From contig CAZTVJ010000570.1 in the NCBI GenBank assembly GCA_964616935.1, forward strand, positions 1-31,227: a DNA stretch of 31,227 nucleotides, written 5' to 3'. Made by a program: the position numbers and the translations under genes. Within the stretch, counting starts at the first letter, position 1; the number at the start of each line of letters is the position of its first letter. This document shows positions 7,711-17,676 of the stretch, one piece after another. The notes under the pieces are model-generated. The model saw only the letters and a program-made list of their open reading frames with translations. It was not told the origin of the DNA and did not search any database. This stretch comes from an uncultured Acidimicrobiales bacterium (GTDB taxonomy: Bacteria > Actinomycetota > Acidimicrobiia > Acidimicrobiales > Ilumatobacteraceae).

Positions 7711-8889
7711 TCAGGGAGTCGTGACCTCGCCGTGGCCGGCCAGGAGCGCCTCGCCGCGGTCGGCCGTCGTCGACCACCACGGATCGAGACCGGTGCTGCG
7801 CAACGTCATCGGCGCGGTGGTCTCCCAGAGCAACGCCGGTCGCATGCCGTGCCACCGCACGGCGAACGACAGCGTGCCGCCGGCCACGGGAACGGCGTGG
7901 GCAGCGATGTCCTGTCCGAGCCAAACGGCGGGTAGGAACGGGACGATGTCAGCGCCGTCCGCCGTCGGCACCACGAGGCGTCGGACCGACCAGGACGCGA
8001 AGCGAGCGGCACCCGATGGGGGTGCTACGGGCAAGGGTGCGGCGACCGGGAGAGAGGACGCGATGGCGGCGGCGTCCTCAGCGCCGCGCCGCTCGCCGGC
8101 GCTCAGCATCACCTCGATCGTCGCTGCCATCGCGGCGGCCACCTCCCACCCGGCCTCGGCCCTTCGTACGGCGGCGTTGGCCAGGCGGGCAGCCACGGCA
8201 GCCACGTCGTCCACCCAGGGTGCGGCTGGTTCACCCAGCCGAGTGCGTTCGGCCACCGCGAGCAGGAAGGCCGCCGGGTCCTGCTCCGGATCACCAGGAC
8301 CCTCGAGCAGGAGAGCCGCCCGAGCGCCGACGAGCTGCTCGACCAGGTCCCCCTCGGGCACCTCGACGCGCGCGGCCACCCCGGTCTGCGCCACCCACCC
8401 GGACGCCACTCGATCGGCGCTCGCCAGCGCGCCTGGCAAGGCACCTGCCCCACCCCCGCTGTGCGGCAGGGCCACCCGCACGGTGGCGCGATGGCCCACC
8501 GGGAACGTCACGGCACCGGCGGGCAGCTGGATGCCGAGCGGCTCGATGGTCGCCGGGGGCCGGCTCGTGAGGAGGTCGTGGCGGCTGAACGCCACGGCGA
8601 ACGGCAGCGACGACGCGTTCTCGACCTCGACCACCGTGAGGCCACCTCCGTCGGCCAGGGCGTAGACCCGCTGGAGGGCGTCGCCACCGGGCACCCGTAC
8701 CGAGGTCTCCGCGACAGGCGCCCCGCGGACGAGCCGCTGGCGCACGCTCGCCTCCTGGCGCGGCGTGTGCCAGCGATCGTCGGCCGCGATCCACCATTCG
8801 AGTCGAGCGGAGCCGTCCCAGGGGTCGATCGCTCCCCACGGGGTGACGGTGGCACGCCACCGCGCGCCCACGACACCGATCGTGGTCAC
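7711..8889 (-). CDS. Hypothetical protein (392 aa), translationally coupled to gpsA
   Basis: GTG start overlaps the gpsA stop (GTGA). Trp-rich N- and C-terminal segments (WWIAADDRWH, FAVRWHGMRPALLWE). No family recognised. Confidence 0.7.
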   Translation of the reverse strand: MTTIGVVGARWRATVTPWGAIDPWDGSARLEWWIAADDRWHTPRQEASVRQRLVRGAPVAETSVRVPGGDALQRVYALADGGGLTVVEVENASSLPFAVAFSRHDLLTSRPPATIEPLGIQLPAGAVTFPVGHRATVRVALPHSGGGAGALPGALASADRVASGWVAQTGVAARVEVPEGDLVEQLVGARAALLLEGPGDPEQDPAAFLLAVAERTRLGEPAAPWVDDVAAVAARLANAAVRRAEAGWEVAAAMAATIEVMLSAGERRGAEDAAAIASSLPVAAPLPVAPPSGAARFASWSVRRLVVPTADGADIVPFLPAVWLGQDIAAHAVPVAGGTLSFAVRWHGMRPALLWETTAPMTLRSTGLDPWWSTTADRGEALLAGHGEVTTP

Positions 8890-9893
8890 GCGCGGATGCC
8901 GTAGATCTCCGGCTTCACCGAGCGGCGCATCAGCGCCCCCATGCCCTGCGCCGCGCTGGCGCCGTGATGGCAGACCGCCACCACCTGTTCGGTGATCGGC
9001 ATGTCGACGCCATGGCGACGCGCCAGCGCCAGCACTGATGGCGAGCTCTTGACCCCCTCGGCCACCTGCTTCATCTCGGCGATCACGTCGGCGATCGTCC
9101 GACCCTTGCCGAGCTCTCGCCCGACCGTGTTGTTGCGGCTCTGGGGGCTGGAGCAGGTGGCGATGAGGTCGCCCATCCCGGCGAGGCCCGAGAAGGTGAA
9201 GCCGTCAGCGCCCATCGCGATGCCGAGCCTGCTCATCTCGGCCAGGCCGCGGGTGATGAGCGTCGCTCGCGTGTTGTCGCCGAAGCCCATGCCGTCGGCC
9301 ATGCCGACGGCGATGGCGATGACGTTCTTCACCACGCCGGACAGCTCGCAGCCCACGACGTCGGGGTTCGTGTAGACGCGGAAGTGCGGGGTGTTGAAGA
9401 TGCGCTGCAGCTCACCGGCGATGACCTCGTCGGGCATCGCGACCACGCTTGCCGCCGGTTGCCCGGCCAGCACCTCCTTCGCCAGGTTGGGCCCGGTGAG
9501 CACCGCGACGGGGTGGCCGGGCAGCACGTCCTGCACGACCTCGCTCATCCGCCGCAACGTGTCGCGCTCCAAGCCCTTGACCAGGCTGACCACGGGCACC
9601 CACGGGCGCACGAACGGGACGGCGGTGGCGAGCACCTCGCGGAAGAACGGCGACGGCACGCCCATCACGATCACATCGGCTGTGGAGGCAACCTCCTCGA
9701 TGTCCGACGACGCCCGCAACGCCTCGGGCAGCTCGTAGGACGCCAGGTAGGTGCCATTGCAGTGCTCGGTGTTGATCTGTTCGGCGAGTGCCGGCTCGCG
9801 GGCCCACAGCAGCGTCGGCGCGTTCTGCACCGTGAGAGCGGCGACGGTGGTACCCCAGGATCCGGCACCGATGACCCCCACACGAATCGGCAT
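8886..9893 (-). CDS. gpsA: NAD(P)H-dependent glycerol-3-phosphate dehydrogenase
   Basis: VGVIGAGSWGTT, LVKGLE, LTGPNLAKE, KNVIAIAVG, GLAGMGDLIATC, SRN, AEGV. ATG 9893. Confidence 0.95.
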   Translation of the reverse strand: MPIRVGVIGAGSWGTTVAALTVQNAPTLLWAREPALAEQINTEHCNGTYLASYELPEALRASSDIEEVASTADVIVMGVPSPFFREVLATAVPFVRPWVPVVSLVKGLERDTLRRMSEVVQDVLPGHPVAVLTGPNLAKEVLAGQPAASVVAMPDEVIAGELQRIFNTPHFRVYTNPDVVGCELSGVVKNVIAIAVGMADGMGFGDNTRATLITRGLAEMSRLGIAMGADGFTFSGLAGMGDLIATCSSPQSRNNTVGRELGKGRTIADVIAEMKQVAEGVKSSPSVLALARRHGVDMPITEQVVAVCHHGASAAQGMGALMRRSVKPEIYGIRA

Positions 9894-9917
9894 GACACCC
9901 ACCGTAGACTCGCCCGG
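9894..9917. promoter_or_regulatory. Bidirectional leaderless promoter: overlapping -10 boxes TACGGT (-) and TAGACT (+) sharing one TA
   Basis: 24-bp gap = 7 nt + ACCG-TA-GACT + 7 nt. Each TANNNT is 7 nt from its start codon; no room for an SD. Confidence 0.65.
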
Positions 9918-10520
9918 GTGACGGTCGCCGTGCTCGTCCCGGTGAAGGACTTCCGCCAGGCCAAGCTGCGCCTCGCCGAAGCACTCGATCCCGCGGCCCG
10001 CGCCGCGCTGGCCCGGCACATGGCGGCCAACGTCCTGGCTGCGGCCTCCGGCCTGCCCACCTTCGTGGTCACCGACGACGACGAGGTGGCCACCTTCGCC
10101 CGCGATCGCGGTGCCGACGTCCTGTGGCGACCCCACCTCGGGCTGAACGGGGCGGTCACCGACGGCGTCCTCACGCTGGGCAACGCCGGCCACGATCGCG
10201 TGCTCGTCGCCCATGCCGATCTCCCCCTCGCCGTCGACCTCGTGTGGATCGCCCGCCTCGGTGGCGTCACACTCGTCCCCGACCGCCACGACGACGGCAC
10301 CAACGTGGCCTGCGTGCCGTCCGACGTGAGCTTCACCTTCGCCTACGGACCGGGATCGTTCCGGCGCCACGCCGCCGAGGCCCGGCGGCTGGGGCTGGCG
10401 GTGCGTGTGGTGCGAGAGCCCGCGCTCGGCTGGGACGTCGACGTCCCGGACGACCTGTCCCACCCGTCACTCCAGGGGGTCCTCCCATCGCTGCCAACGA
10501 GCCCGGCCAGCCCCACCTGA
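9918..10520 (+). CDS. cofC: 2-phospho-L-lactate/phosphoenolpyruvate guanylyltransferase (F420 biosynthesis)
   Basis: VLVPVKDFRQAKLRL, GLNGAV, HADLP, PDRHDDGTN, FAYGPGSFRRH, WDVDVPDDL. Divergent from gpsA, as with mycobacterial gpdA2-fbiD. Confidence 0.92.
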   Translation: MTVAVLVPVKDFRQAKLRLAEALDPAARAALARHMAANVLAAASGLPTFVVTDDDEVATFARDRGADVLWRPHLGLNGAVTDGVLTLGNAGHDRVLVAHADLPLAVDLVWIARLGGVTLVPDRHDDGTNVACVPSDVSFTFAYGPGSFRRHAAEARRLGLAVRVVREPALGWDVDVPDDLSHPSLQGVLPSLPTSPASPT

Positions 10521-10522
10521 CC

Positions 10523-11251
10523 GTGGCCGGCCCGATCACGACGAACCTCGACGTACCACCGGTCGCACTGGCGATCGGCGCCCACCCTGACGACGTCGAG
10601 TTCGGTTGCGGCGGCACCCTCGCCAAGTGGGCCGCCGCCGGATGTGTTGTCCACCACCTGGTGCTCACCGATGGGTCGAAGGGGACGTGGGACGCCAACG
10701 CGGACACGGTGGCGCTCGCCGCGGTTCGCCAGGACGAGCAACGTGGTGCTGCCCGCGCCCTAGGTGCGACGGGCGAGGTGGTGTTCCTCGGCCACGTCGA
10801 CGGCGAGCTCGAGAGCGGGCTCGCCCAACGCGCCGCCGTTGCCGCGGTGATCCGTCGGCTGCGCCCGTCCGTCATCCTTGGGCACGACCCCTGGAAGCGC
10901 TACCGCCTGCACCCCGACCATCGCCACGCCGGCTTGCTGACGTGCGAGGGCATCGTCGCCGCGCGCGACCCACACTTCTTCCCCGAACAGGGCCTGGCCC
11001 ACCATCGCCCCTCGGTGCTGCTGCTGTGGGAGGCCGACGAGCCCGACCACGCCGAGGACGTGAGCGAGTTCGTCGAGACCAAGCTCGCGGCGCTGGCGGC
11101 CCATGCCAGCCAGTTCGAGTCCACCATGAAGGCTACCGACCAGGCGCAGGTGGACGCGTTCCGCCGTCGCGTCCGAGACCGGTTGGCCGGTCATGGTCGA
11201 CGCGTCGGCGTGGCCGCGGCCGAGCTGTTCAAGGCCATCAGCGCCCTGTAG
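10523..11251 (+). CDS. PIG-L/LmbE family deacetylase
   Basis: AHPDDVEFGCGG, LTDGSKG, HPDHRHAG, KLAALAAHASQ. GTG 2 nt after the cofC stop (start approximate). Confidence 0.88.
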   Translation: MAGPITTNLDVPPVALAIGAHPDDVEFGCGGTLAKWAAAGCVVHHLVLTDGSKGTWDANADTVALAAVRQDEQRGAARALGATGEVVFLGHVDGELESGLAQRAAVAAVIRRLRPSVILGHDPWKRYRLHPDHRHAGLLTCEGIVAARDPHFFPEQGLAHHRPSVLLLWEADEPDHAEDVSEFVETKLAALAAHASQFESTMKATDQAQVDAFRRRVRDRLAGHGRRVGVAAAELFKAISAL

Positions 11252-11285
11252 CCGCTGCCCCCCATCACCCTCGGCCGGAGCGCGG

Positions 11286-12074
11286 TCAGGTCTTGGGAAA
11301 CGCACCGGCAGGCCGGCCCGGGCCAGGTGGGCCGGCGAAGGCCTGCGCGATGCCCATCCACTCCTCGGCACATGCGCCTCGGATGGCGAGGCCGGTGTCG
11401 ACCGGATGACGGCGCTGCGTCACCACCAGGCAGAAGTCGAGAGCGTCACCGGCGACGACGTCTGCGGCGTCCTCGCTCCCCCAGGTCCACTGGTCTCCGG
11501 TGGGCGCATCCAGCTCCACTCGCACGTCCACCGCGGGCGCGACGAGGCCCCGCGTGGCGTAGGCGAACGGGCGCGCCAGCACACCGATGTGGGCCACATG
11601 GCGGAGCCGCACGGTGGCTTCACGCGACACGCCGAGGGCATCGGCGACGTCCTGACCGTGCGCCCACGTCTCCATGAGGCGGGCGGTGGCGAACGAGCGG
11701 GCTCCCATCGCCGGGCCGTACCACGGCACGCGAGCCTTTGGGTCGAGTGGTCGCAACGCATCGAGCAGAGCGCCGCGACCCGCCCGCCATGCCGCCAGCA
11801 GCTCGCCCGGCGCGATGGCGCGGCCCGGCTCGATCGACGGGTCGATGCCGGTGCGCACGTCGCGGAGCAGCTCCTCACTCGTCTGGCGGAAGGCGTCCGG
11901 ATCGACCACAGCGAGCCGTGCCGTGCCGTCGAAGAACCAGAGGTGGCTGATCTGATCGCGCACCATCCAGCCTTCGGCCGGTGTGGCACGGTCCCACGCC
12001 TCGTCGGGCAGATCACGGACGAGGCGATCGAGGGCACCGTGCTCGGCGGCCAGGTCGTCGCAGATCGCGTCCAT
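11286..12074 (-). CDS. TIGR03084-like metal-binding protein (MDMPI / DinB-like superfamily)
   Basis: [75 protein letters not shown] before ATG 12074. Confidence 0.85.
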   Translation of the reverse strand: MDAICDDLAAEHGALDRLVRDLPDEAWDRATPAEGWMVRDQISHLWFFDGTARLAVVDPDAFRQTSEELLRDVRTGIDPSIEPGRAIAPGELLAAWRAGRGALLDALRPLDPKARVPWYGPAMGARSFATARLMETWAHGQDVADALGVSREATVRLRHVAHIGVLARPFAYATRGLVAPAVDVRVELDAPTGDQWTWGSEDAADVVAGDALDFCLVVTQRRHPVDTGLAIRGACAEEWMGIAQAFAGPPGPGRPAGAFPKT

Positions 12075-12127
12075 CCCGGCATCCTCCCAGATGCGCTCGA
12101 GTGACCCGCCGACCGACGCTCGGACGC

Positions 12128-12159
12128 GCCGGGAGGCCGCCCGCGAGCGGCCTCCCGGC
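12128..12159 (-). terminator. Hairpin terminator downstream of the HU / H1-like gene pair
   Basis: Perfect 13-bp stem GCCGGGAGGCCGC / GCGGCCTCCCGGC with 6-nt loop, 34 nt past the stop at 12194. Confidence 0.7.
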
Positions 12160-12193
12160 ATTGACGTGCTCCGCTCCCCGGAGGGAGGCGGCG

Positions 12194-12592
<399 letters not shown>

Positions 12593-12620
12593 GGTGCTCC
12601 TCTCTCCTTGCGGTCCGGTA

Positions 12621-12905
12621 CTAGCGCTTCGGGTTCAGCTCACCCTTGAGGGTGGAGCTGGGGGTGAACTTCATGGCGGTCGAAGCCGGCACGTGCACCG
12701 TCTTCGTGCGGTCCTGCGGGTTGGCCACCGTGCGGGCGGCCCGCTTGACGGTGCTGAACTTCCCGAAGCCCGGCCACGCAACGTCGTCGCCATTCTTGGC
12801 GGACGCCGTCACCTCGCTGAAGAAGGCGTCGAGCACCTTCTCGGCGTTCGCCTGGGTCGTGTCAGCCGCCTTGGCCACCGCTGCGAGCAACTCGGCCTTG
12901 GTCAT
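12621..12905 (-). CDS. hup: HU family DNA-binding protein (94 aa)
   Basis: [60 protein letters not shown]; TAG stop. Confidence 0.95.
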   Translation of the reverse strand: MTKAELLAAVAKAADTTQANAEKVLDAFFSEVTASAKNGDDVAWPGFGKFSTVKRAARTVANPQDRTKTVHVPASTAMKFTPSSTLKGELNPKR

Positions 12906-13086
12906 GTGTTGTCGATACCTCCTGGTACACGGAGCGAAACTCAGCGCACATCAGAACTTTTCCGCAGGCCAAGGTCAAGCATTTCGGTCATCACTCGATC
13001 GTTGTACTTGCAACCTTCTGCCCGAGCACTGACGCCGCCCGGCAAACAGACTGGCCGCCGCGACGCTCGTCGCGCACACTGTGGAC

Positions 13087-13731
13087 ATGGATCCACCGAC
13101 CTGGCCGTTGTTCGGGCTCCGCATCGTGACACCCCGTGTCGTCCTGCGCTACGCGGACGACGAGGACGTCCTGGCGCTCGCCGAGCTCGCGACGCACGGC
13201 GTCCACGATCCGCGGTCGATGCCCTTCACGATCCCCTGGACCGATGTCGAGCCTCCCGCCCAGCAACGCAACTCGGTGCAGTGGTACTGGCGCCAGCGCG
13301 CCGAGTGGACCGTCGATCGCTGGAACCTGTCGTTCGCCACGGTGGTCGACGACGCGGTCGTCGGGATGCAGGGCGTCGAGGCCGAGCACTTCCCGGTGCT
13401 GCGCCAAGCCGCCACGGGCTCCTGGCTGGGCCGCGCCCACCAGGGTCAGGGCATCGGCAAGGAGATGCGGGAGGCGGTGCTCCACTTCGCCTTCGCCGGC
13501 CTCTGCGCCGAGTTCGCTCTGTCGGGTGCCTTCCACGACAACGCTCCCTCGCTCGGCGTCTCGAGGTCGCTGGGGTATGAGGAGGAAGGGACCCGGCGGG
13601 TGCTGCGGCGCGACCAACCCGACCGGATCATCGGGCTGAGGCTCTCACGGTCCACGTGGGAGCAGCACCGTCGCGACGACATCCAGATCGAGGGCCTCGA
13701 CGACTGCCTCAACCTCTTCGGCCTCACGTGA
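13087..13731 (+). CDS. GNAT acyltransferase, RimJ/RimL-type, resembling M. tuberculosis Rv0802c
   Basis: WPLFGLRIVTPRVVLR, MPFTIPWT, TGSWLGRAHQGQGIGKEMREAVLHFAF, AFHDNAPSLGVSRSLGY. CACACT 6 nt before ATG 13087. Confidence 0.85.
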   Translation: MDPPTWPLFGLRIVTPRVVLRYADDEDVLALAELATHGVHDPRSMPFTIPWTDVEPPAQQRNSVQWYWRQRAEWTVDRWNLSFATVVDDAVVGMQGVEAEHFPVLRQAATGSWLGRAHQGQGIGKEMREAVLHFAFAGLCAEFALSGAFHDNAPSLGVSRSLGYEEEGTRRVLRRDQPDRIIGLRLSRSTWEQHRRDDIQIEGLDDCLNLFGLT

Positions 13732-14137
13732 CGGCGGCTCGGATCCGGGCCGCAACGTCGGCCATCTGGGCGTCGTCCTCATAGCGCTGGCGAGGCCAGA
13801 AGAACCCGCGCAGACCGTCCTTGCGGCGGCGGGGCACGACATGCACGTGCAGGTGGGGCACGCTCTGGCTGACGACGTTGTTCATGGCGACGAAGGTGCC
13901 GTCGGCTTCCATGCCCCGCTGGACCGCCGCGACGACGCGCTGCACCGCCTCGAAGAGCGGCCCCACCATCGCGGGGGCGAGGTCGGTGAGCGTCTCGACG
14001 TGCGGACGTGGCACCACGAGCGTGTGGCCGGGGAAGACCGGGCGGCTGTCCAGGAAGGCAACCACGTCACCCGCGTCGAGCACGAGTGCGGCCGGCTCGG
14101 CGCCGGCGACGATGGCGCAGAACGCGCAGCCCTCCAC
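13724..14137 (-). CDS. HIT family hydrolase
   Basis: CAFC zinc motif, AFLDSRPVFPGHTLVVP, QSVPHLHVHVVP histidine triad. GTG 14137; 8-bp convergent overlap with the GNAT gene. Confidence 0.92.
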   Translation of the reverse strand: MEGCAFCAIVAGAEPAALVLDAGDVVAFLDSRPVFPGHTLVVPRPHVETLTDLAPAMVGPLFEAVQRVVAAVQRGMEADGTFVAMNNVVSQSVPHLHVHVVPRRRKDGLRGFFWPRQRYEDDAQMADVAARIRAAVT

Positions 14138-14156
14138 GACGGGCAAGTATCGCCGC

Positions 14157-14717
14157 ATGGAGACACCACGCATCGCGCCACTGCCCCCTGCCGAGTGGGA
14201 TGCCGAGACCCGCGACCAGCTCGGCACGGCCGTCAGCGCGCCCGACGGCACGCCGCTCAACATCTTCGCCACCATCGCCAACCATCCCAAGCTGCTGAAG
14301 CGTTGGCTGGTGTTCGCGAACCACGTGCTGTTCAAGAGCACGCTGGCGTTCCGCGATCGCGAGCTGCTCATCCTCAGGACGGGCTGGAACTGCCGCAGCC
14401 CCTACGAGTGGGGCCAGCACGTGCTGATCGCTCGCCAAGGCGGCTTCACCGACGACGAGATCGACCGCGTCGTCGTCGGCCCGGACGATCCGGGTTGGGA
14501 CGCGTTCGACGCCGCGCTCTTGCGGGCGGCGGACGAGCTGCACCGCGACGCCGCCGTCTCCGATGCGACCTGGGCCACCCTGTGCGAGCGCTACGGCGAC
14601 GAGCAGCTCCTCGACGCGGTGTTCGCCGTCGGGCAGTACCACACGGTGGCCTTCGCCTTGAACAGCTGTCGCGTCCCGCTCGACGACGGCGTTGGTGGTC
14701 TGCCCGATGCGCCGTAG
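14157..14717 (+). CDS. Carboxymuconolactone decarboxylase / AhpD-like family protein
   Basis: PRIAPL, NIFATIANHP, RELLILRTGWNCRSPYEWGQH, ALLRAADELH. Confidence 0.82.
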   Translation: METPRIAPLPPAEWDAETRDQLGTAVSAPDGTPLNIFATIANHPKLLKRWLVFANHVLFKSTLAFRDRELLILRTGWNCRSPYEWGQHVLIARQGGFTDDEIDRVVVGPDDPGWDAFDAALLRAADELHRDAAVSDATWATLCERYGDEQLLDAVFAVGQYHTVAFALNSCRVPLDDGVGGLPDAP

Positions 14718-14734
14718 GCGTTAGCGTCGCCTCG

Positions 14735-15493
14735 ATGCGCGTCACGTTGTTCATCACGTGCGTGGTGGATCTGTTCGAGCCCGAGGTCGGCGTGGCCACC
14801 GTGAAGGTGCTGCGGGCGGGCGGCTGTGAGGTCGACGTCCCCCTCGGCCAGACGTGCTGCGGCCAACCGGCGTGGAACTCCGGCCACGTCCAGGAGGCGG
14901 CCAAGGTCGCCCGCACGACGCTGGATGCGCTCGAGGGTGACGGTGCGTCCGTCGTCGTCGTGCCGGCGGGCTCGTGCGCCACGATGGTGCGGGTGTTCTG
15001 GCCCGAGCTGTTCGAGCTGGCCGGCGACCACGACGCCGCCGGGCGAGCCCGGGAACTGGGCGGTCGCACCCGAGAGCTCGGGGAGCTGCTGGCCGAGGTG
15101 GCCGCCCGCGGGGGTCTGCCTCCCATGGCGATCGAGCCCCCGATCCGCGTCGCCTACCACCACTCCTGCCACATGCTCCGCGAGCTCCGCATCGAGCAGC
15201 AACCACTCGAGCTGCTCGACCGCGTCGACGGGTGCGAGCGCGTCGCCTGGAGTGCGGACCAGCGCTGCTGCGGCTTCGGCGGGCTCTTCTCGTTCAAGCT
15301 CCCCGAGACCAGCGTCGCCATGGCCGACGACAAGCTGGCGTCCCTGGCCGACGCCGGCGTCGACGAGATCGTCGGGTCCGATACCTCGTGCCTGCTGCAC
15401 CTGCGAGCGCGCGCCGAGCACGAAGGCCGCCCGGTGCGATCCCGCCACCTCGCTCAGGTGCTCGCCGACGCCCTCGACGCAGGCCAACCATGA
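14735..15493 (+). CDS. lutA: Lactate utilization protein A-like (CCG-domain Fe-S protein)
   Basis: LFITCVVD, TCCGQP, AGSCATM, HHSCH, CCGFGG, DTSCLLH. TAGCGT 7 nt upstream (leaderless). Confidence 0.88.
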   Translation: MRVTLFITCVVDLFEPEVGVATVKVLRAGGCEVDVPLGQTCCGQPAWNSGHVQEAAKVARTTLDALEGDGASVVVVPAGSCATMVRVFWPELFELAGDHDAAGRARELGGRTRELGELLAEVAARGGLPPMAIEPPIRVAYHHSCHMLRELRIEQQPLELLDRVDGCERVAWSADQRCCGFGGLFSFKLPETSVAMADDKLASLADAGVDEIVGSDTSCLLHLRARAEHEGRPVRSRHLAQVLADALDAGQP

Positions 15494-16893
15494 CGGGCTT
15501 CACATTGGCGGGCACCAAGCTGCGCCAGCGCACGGCCGAGGCCACGACCGACGTCCGCCTGCGCGCTGCGCTGGCCAAGGCCGTCGTCCGCTTCGGCGAC
15601 GGGCGCACCAGCGCGCTGGCGACGCTCGACGACCCTGACTCGCTGCGCCAGGCGGCCCGGCGGATGCGCCACGACCTCCTCGATCGCCTTCCCGACGTCC
15701 TGGAGCGCTTCGCCGACAACGTCCTCGCCGTGGGCGGGCACGTCCACTGGGCGCCGGATGCCACCGACGCCAACCACTACATCACGCGCCTCGCTCAGGA
15801 CCGTGGCGTTCGGAGCGTCGTGAAGGGCAAGTCGATGGCGACCGAGGAGACCGCGCTCAACGAGGCACTCGAGGCTGTCGGCGTCGGCGTGGTCGAGACC
15901 GACCTCGGCGAGTGGATCATCCAGCTGGCCGGCCAGACTCCGAGCCACATCATCGCCCCGGCCGTGCACCTCGACCGCCACCAGATCCGCGACATCCTCC
16001 AGCCCGAGGCCGGGCCCGACCGCCTGCTCGACTCCGAGCCCGAGCACCTCGCGGCCTTCGCCCGGGAGCGCCTGCGCGCCCGCTTCCTCGAAGCCGACCT
16101 CGGCGTCACCGGCTGCAACTTCGGGGTGGCGGAGTCCGGCTCGCTCGTGCTCGTCGAGAACGAGGGCAACGGCCGCTTCAGCACGACCGTCCCGCGCATC
16201 CACGTGGCGCTCATGGGGATGGAGCGCATCGTCGAGACCTGGGACGAGCTCGACCTCATGATCAACCTGCTTGCCCGTTCGGGAACCGGCCAGCACCTCA
16301 GCACCTACACGAACATCATCACCGGTCCTCGACGGCCCGGCGAGGCCGACGGGCCTGACGAGCTGCACGTCGTCATCCTCGACAACGGCCGCAGCGACGT
16401 GCTGGGCACGGAGCTGCAGGAGATCCTGAACTGCATCCGCTGCGGGGCCTGCCTCAACGTGTGTCCGGTCTACCGCCAGGTGGGGGGGCACGCCTACGGC
16501 TGGGTCTACAGCGGCCCGGTCGGGGCCGTGCTCACGCCGCTCCTGGCCAAGGGACATCCCGAAGCGGCCGAGCTGCCGAACGCCTCCACGTTGTGCGGTG
16601 CCTGCATGGATGCGTGCCCGGTCAGCATCCCGCTGCAGGACCTCCTTCTGGCCCTGCGCCGGCGCAGTGCCGCGAGCGGGTCGAAGGCCGAGCAGGCGGG
16701 GTGGGCCGCCTGGGCCGCGGCCTGGAGCCGCCCACTCACCTATCGCGCCTCGCTCAAGGGGGCGGCGCTCGGTCGGCCACTCGCGAAGTACGCGGCGATG
16801 GCCCCTGGGCTGCGGGCCTGGGGTGGCGGCCGCCAGCCACCTCAACCGGCGGCCCGCTCGTTCCTGCAGCGGTGGAAGAGCGGCGAGGTCTGA
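15490..16893 (+). CDS. lutB: Lactate utilization protein B-like (LUD + 4Fe-4S)
   Basis: KGKSMATEE, ETDLGEWIIQL, PSHIIAPAVH, ENEGNGR, CIRCGACLNVCPVY, LCGACMDACPV. ATGA overlap with lutA. Confidence 0.92.
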   Translation: MTGFTLAGTKLRQRTAEATTDVRLRAALAKAVVRFGDGRTSALATLDDPDSLRQAARRMRHDLLDRLPDVLERFADNVLAVGGHVHWAPDATDANHYITRLAQDRGVRSVVKGKSMATEETALNEALEAVGVGVVETDLGEWIIQLAGQTPSHIIAPAVHLDRHQIRDILQPEAGPDRLLDSEPEHLAAFARERLRARFLEADLGVTGCNFGVAESGSLVLVENEGNGRFSTTVPRIHVALMGMERIVETWDELDLMINLLARSGTGQHLSTYTNIITGPRRPGEADGPDELHVVILDNGRSDVLGTELQEILNCIRCGACLNVCPVYRQVGGHAYGWVYSGPVGAVLTPLLAKGHPEAAELPNASTLCGACMDACPVSIPLQDLLLALRRRSAASGSKAEQAGWAAWAAAWSRPLTYRASLKGAALGRPLAKYAAMAPGLRAWGGGRQPPQPAARSFLQRWKSGEV

Positions 16894-16897
16894 GCCG

Positions 16898-17587
16898 ATG
16901 GCGACGGACGCACCGCCCCTGGAGTCAGGTGATCGCCTGGCCTTCCTCGGTCACCTCCGCCGCCGGTTGGCGGTCGGCGAGCCGGAGAACCTCGCGCACC
17001 CCATGCCACCACCCAACCAAGGCATCCCCCTCGTGCGCTCGTCCTTGCTCGATCCATCAGACGTCCTGGGGTCCTTCGTGCGCAACGCCAGGGCCGTGAA
17101 TGCAACGGTGCACGACGTGGACAGCCATGAGGTCCCTGCTGCACTCGTGGCCGAGGTCGTCGGGCGTCACCACGTGCGTCGCTCCGTCGTCTCGGCCGAG
17201 CGCGAGGCCGGGTTGGTCGGCGAGCTGCTCCGCGACGTCGGCGTTCACGTGCAGCCACTGTCGCTCGACGCGGCCGCGGCAGCCGACCTCGGCGTCACCG
17301 CCTGCATCGCCGCCATCGCCACCACCGGGACGGTGGTCCAGTCGAGCGAGGTGGCCGGCGGGCGCGGTGCGAGCCTGCTCCCCACCGTGCACCTCTGCAT
17401 CGTTCCCGCCAGCCGTGTCGTGCCGACATCGGCCGAGGTGCTGCGCCGCCTCCCCGAGCTGGGCGCGATGCCATCGAACCTCGTGCTCGTCACCGGCCCG
17501 TCGAAGTCCGGCGACATCGAGCAGATCATGGTGACCGGCGTCCACGGGCCGGTGGCGCTCGAGATCGTCCTGCTGCGTCGTGCCTGA
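16898..17587 (+). CDS. lutC: Lactate utilization protein C-like (LUD domain)
   Basis: ADLGVT...AIATTGTVV, SLLPTVHLCIV, LVTGPSKSGDIEQIMVTGVHGP. Confidence 0.88.
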   Translation: MATDAPPLESGDRLAFLGHLRRRLAVGEPENLAHPMPPPNQGIPLVRSSLLDPSDVLGSFVRNARAVNATVHDVDSHEVPAALVAEVVGRHHVRRSVVSAEREAGLVGELLRDVGVHVQPLSLDAAAAADLGVTACIAAIATTGTVVQSSEVAGGRGASLLPTVHLCIVPASRVVPTSAEVLRRLPELGAMPSNLVLVTGPSKSGDIEQIMVTGVHGPVALEIVLLRRA

Positions 17588-17676
17588 TGATCCGCGCCGA
17601 GACCAGGGCCGGGAAGACCTCGACGTAGGCACCGACCGCAGTAAGGTTCGCCATCCCCTTACGAAGGAGCTTGATC

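Noticed and set aside
8886-10520. Long N-terminal extensions in the ORF track (gpsA to 10463, cofC from 9384; likewise rnhB, HIT, lutA/B/C, whiB, pafC, PIG-L)
   Set aside because: They overlap genuine neighbouring genes; family motifs and -10/SD signals define the shorter starts.
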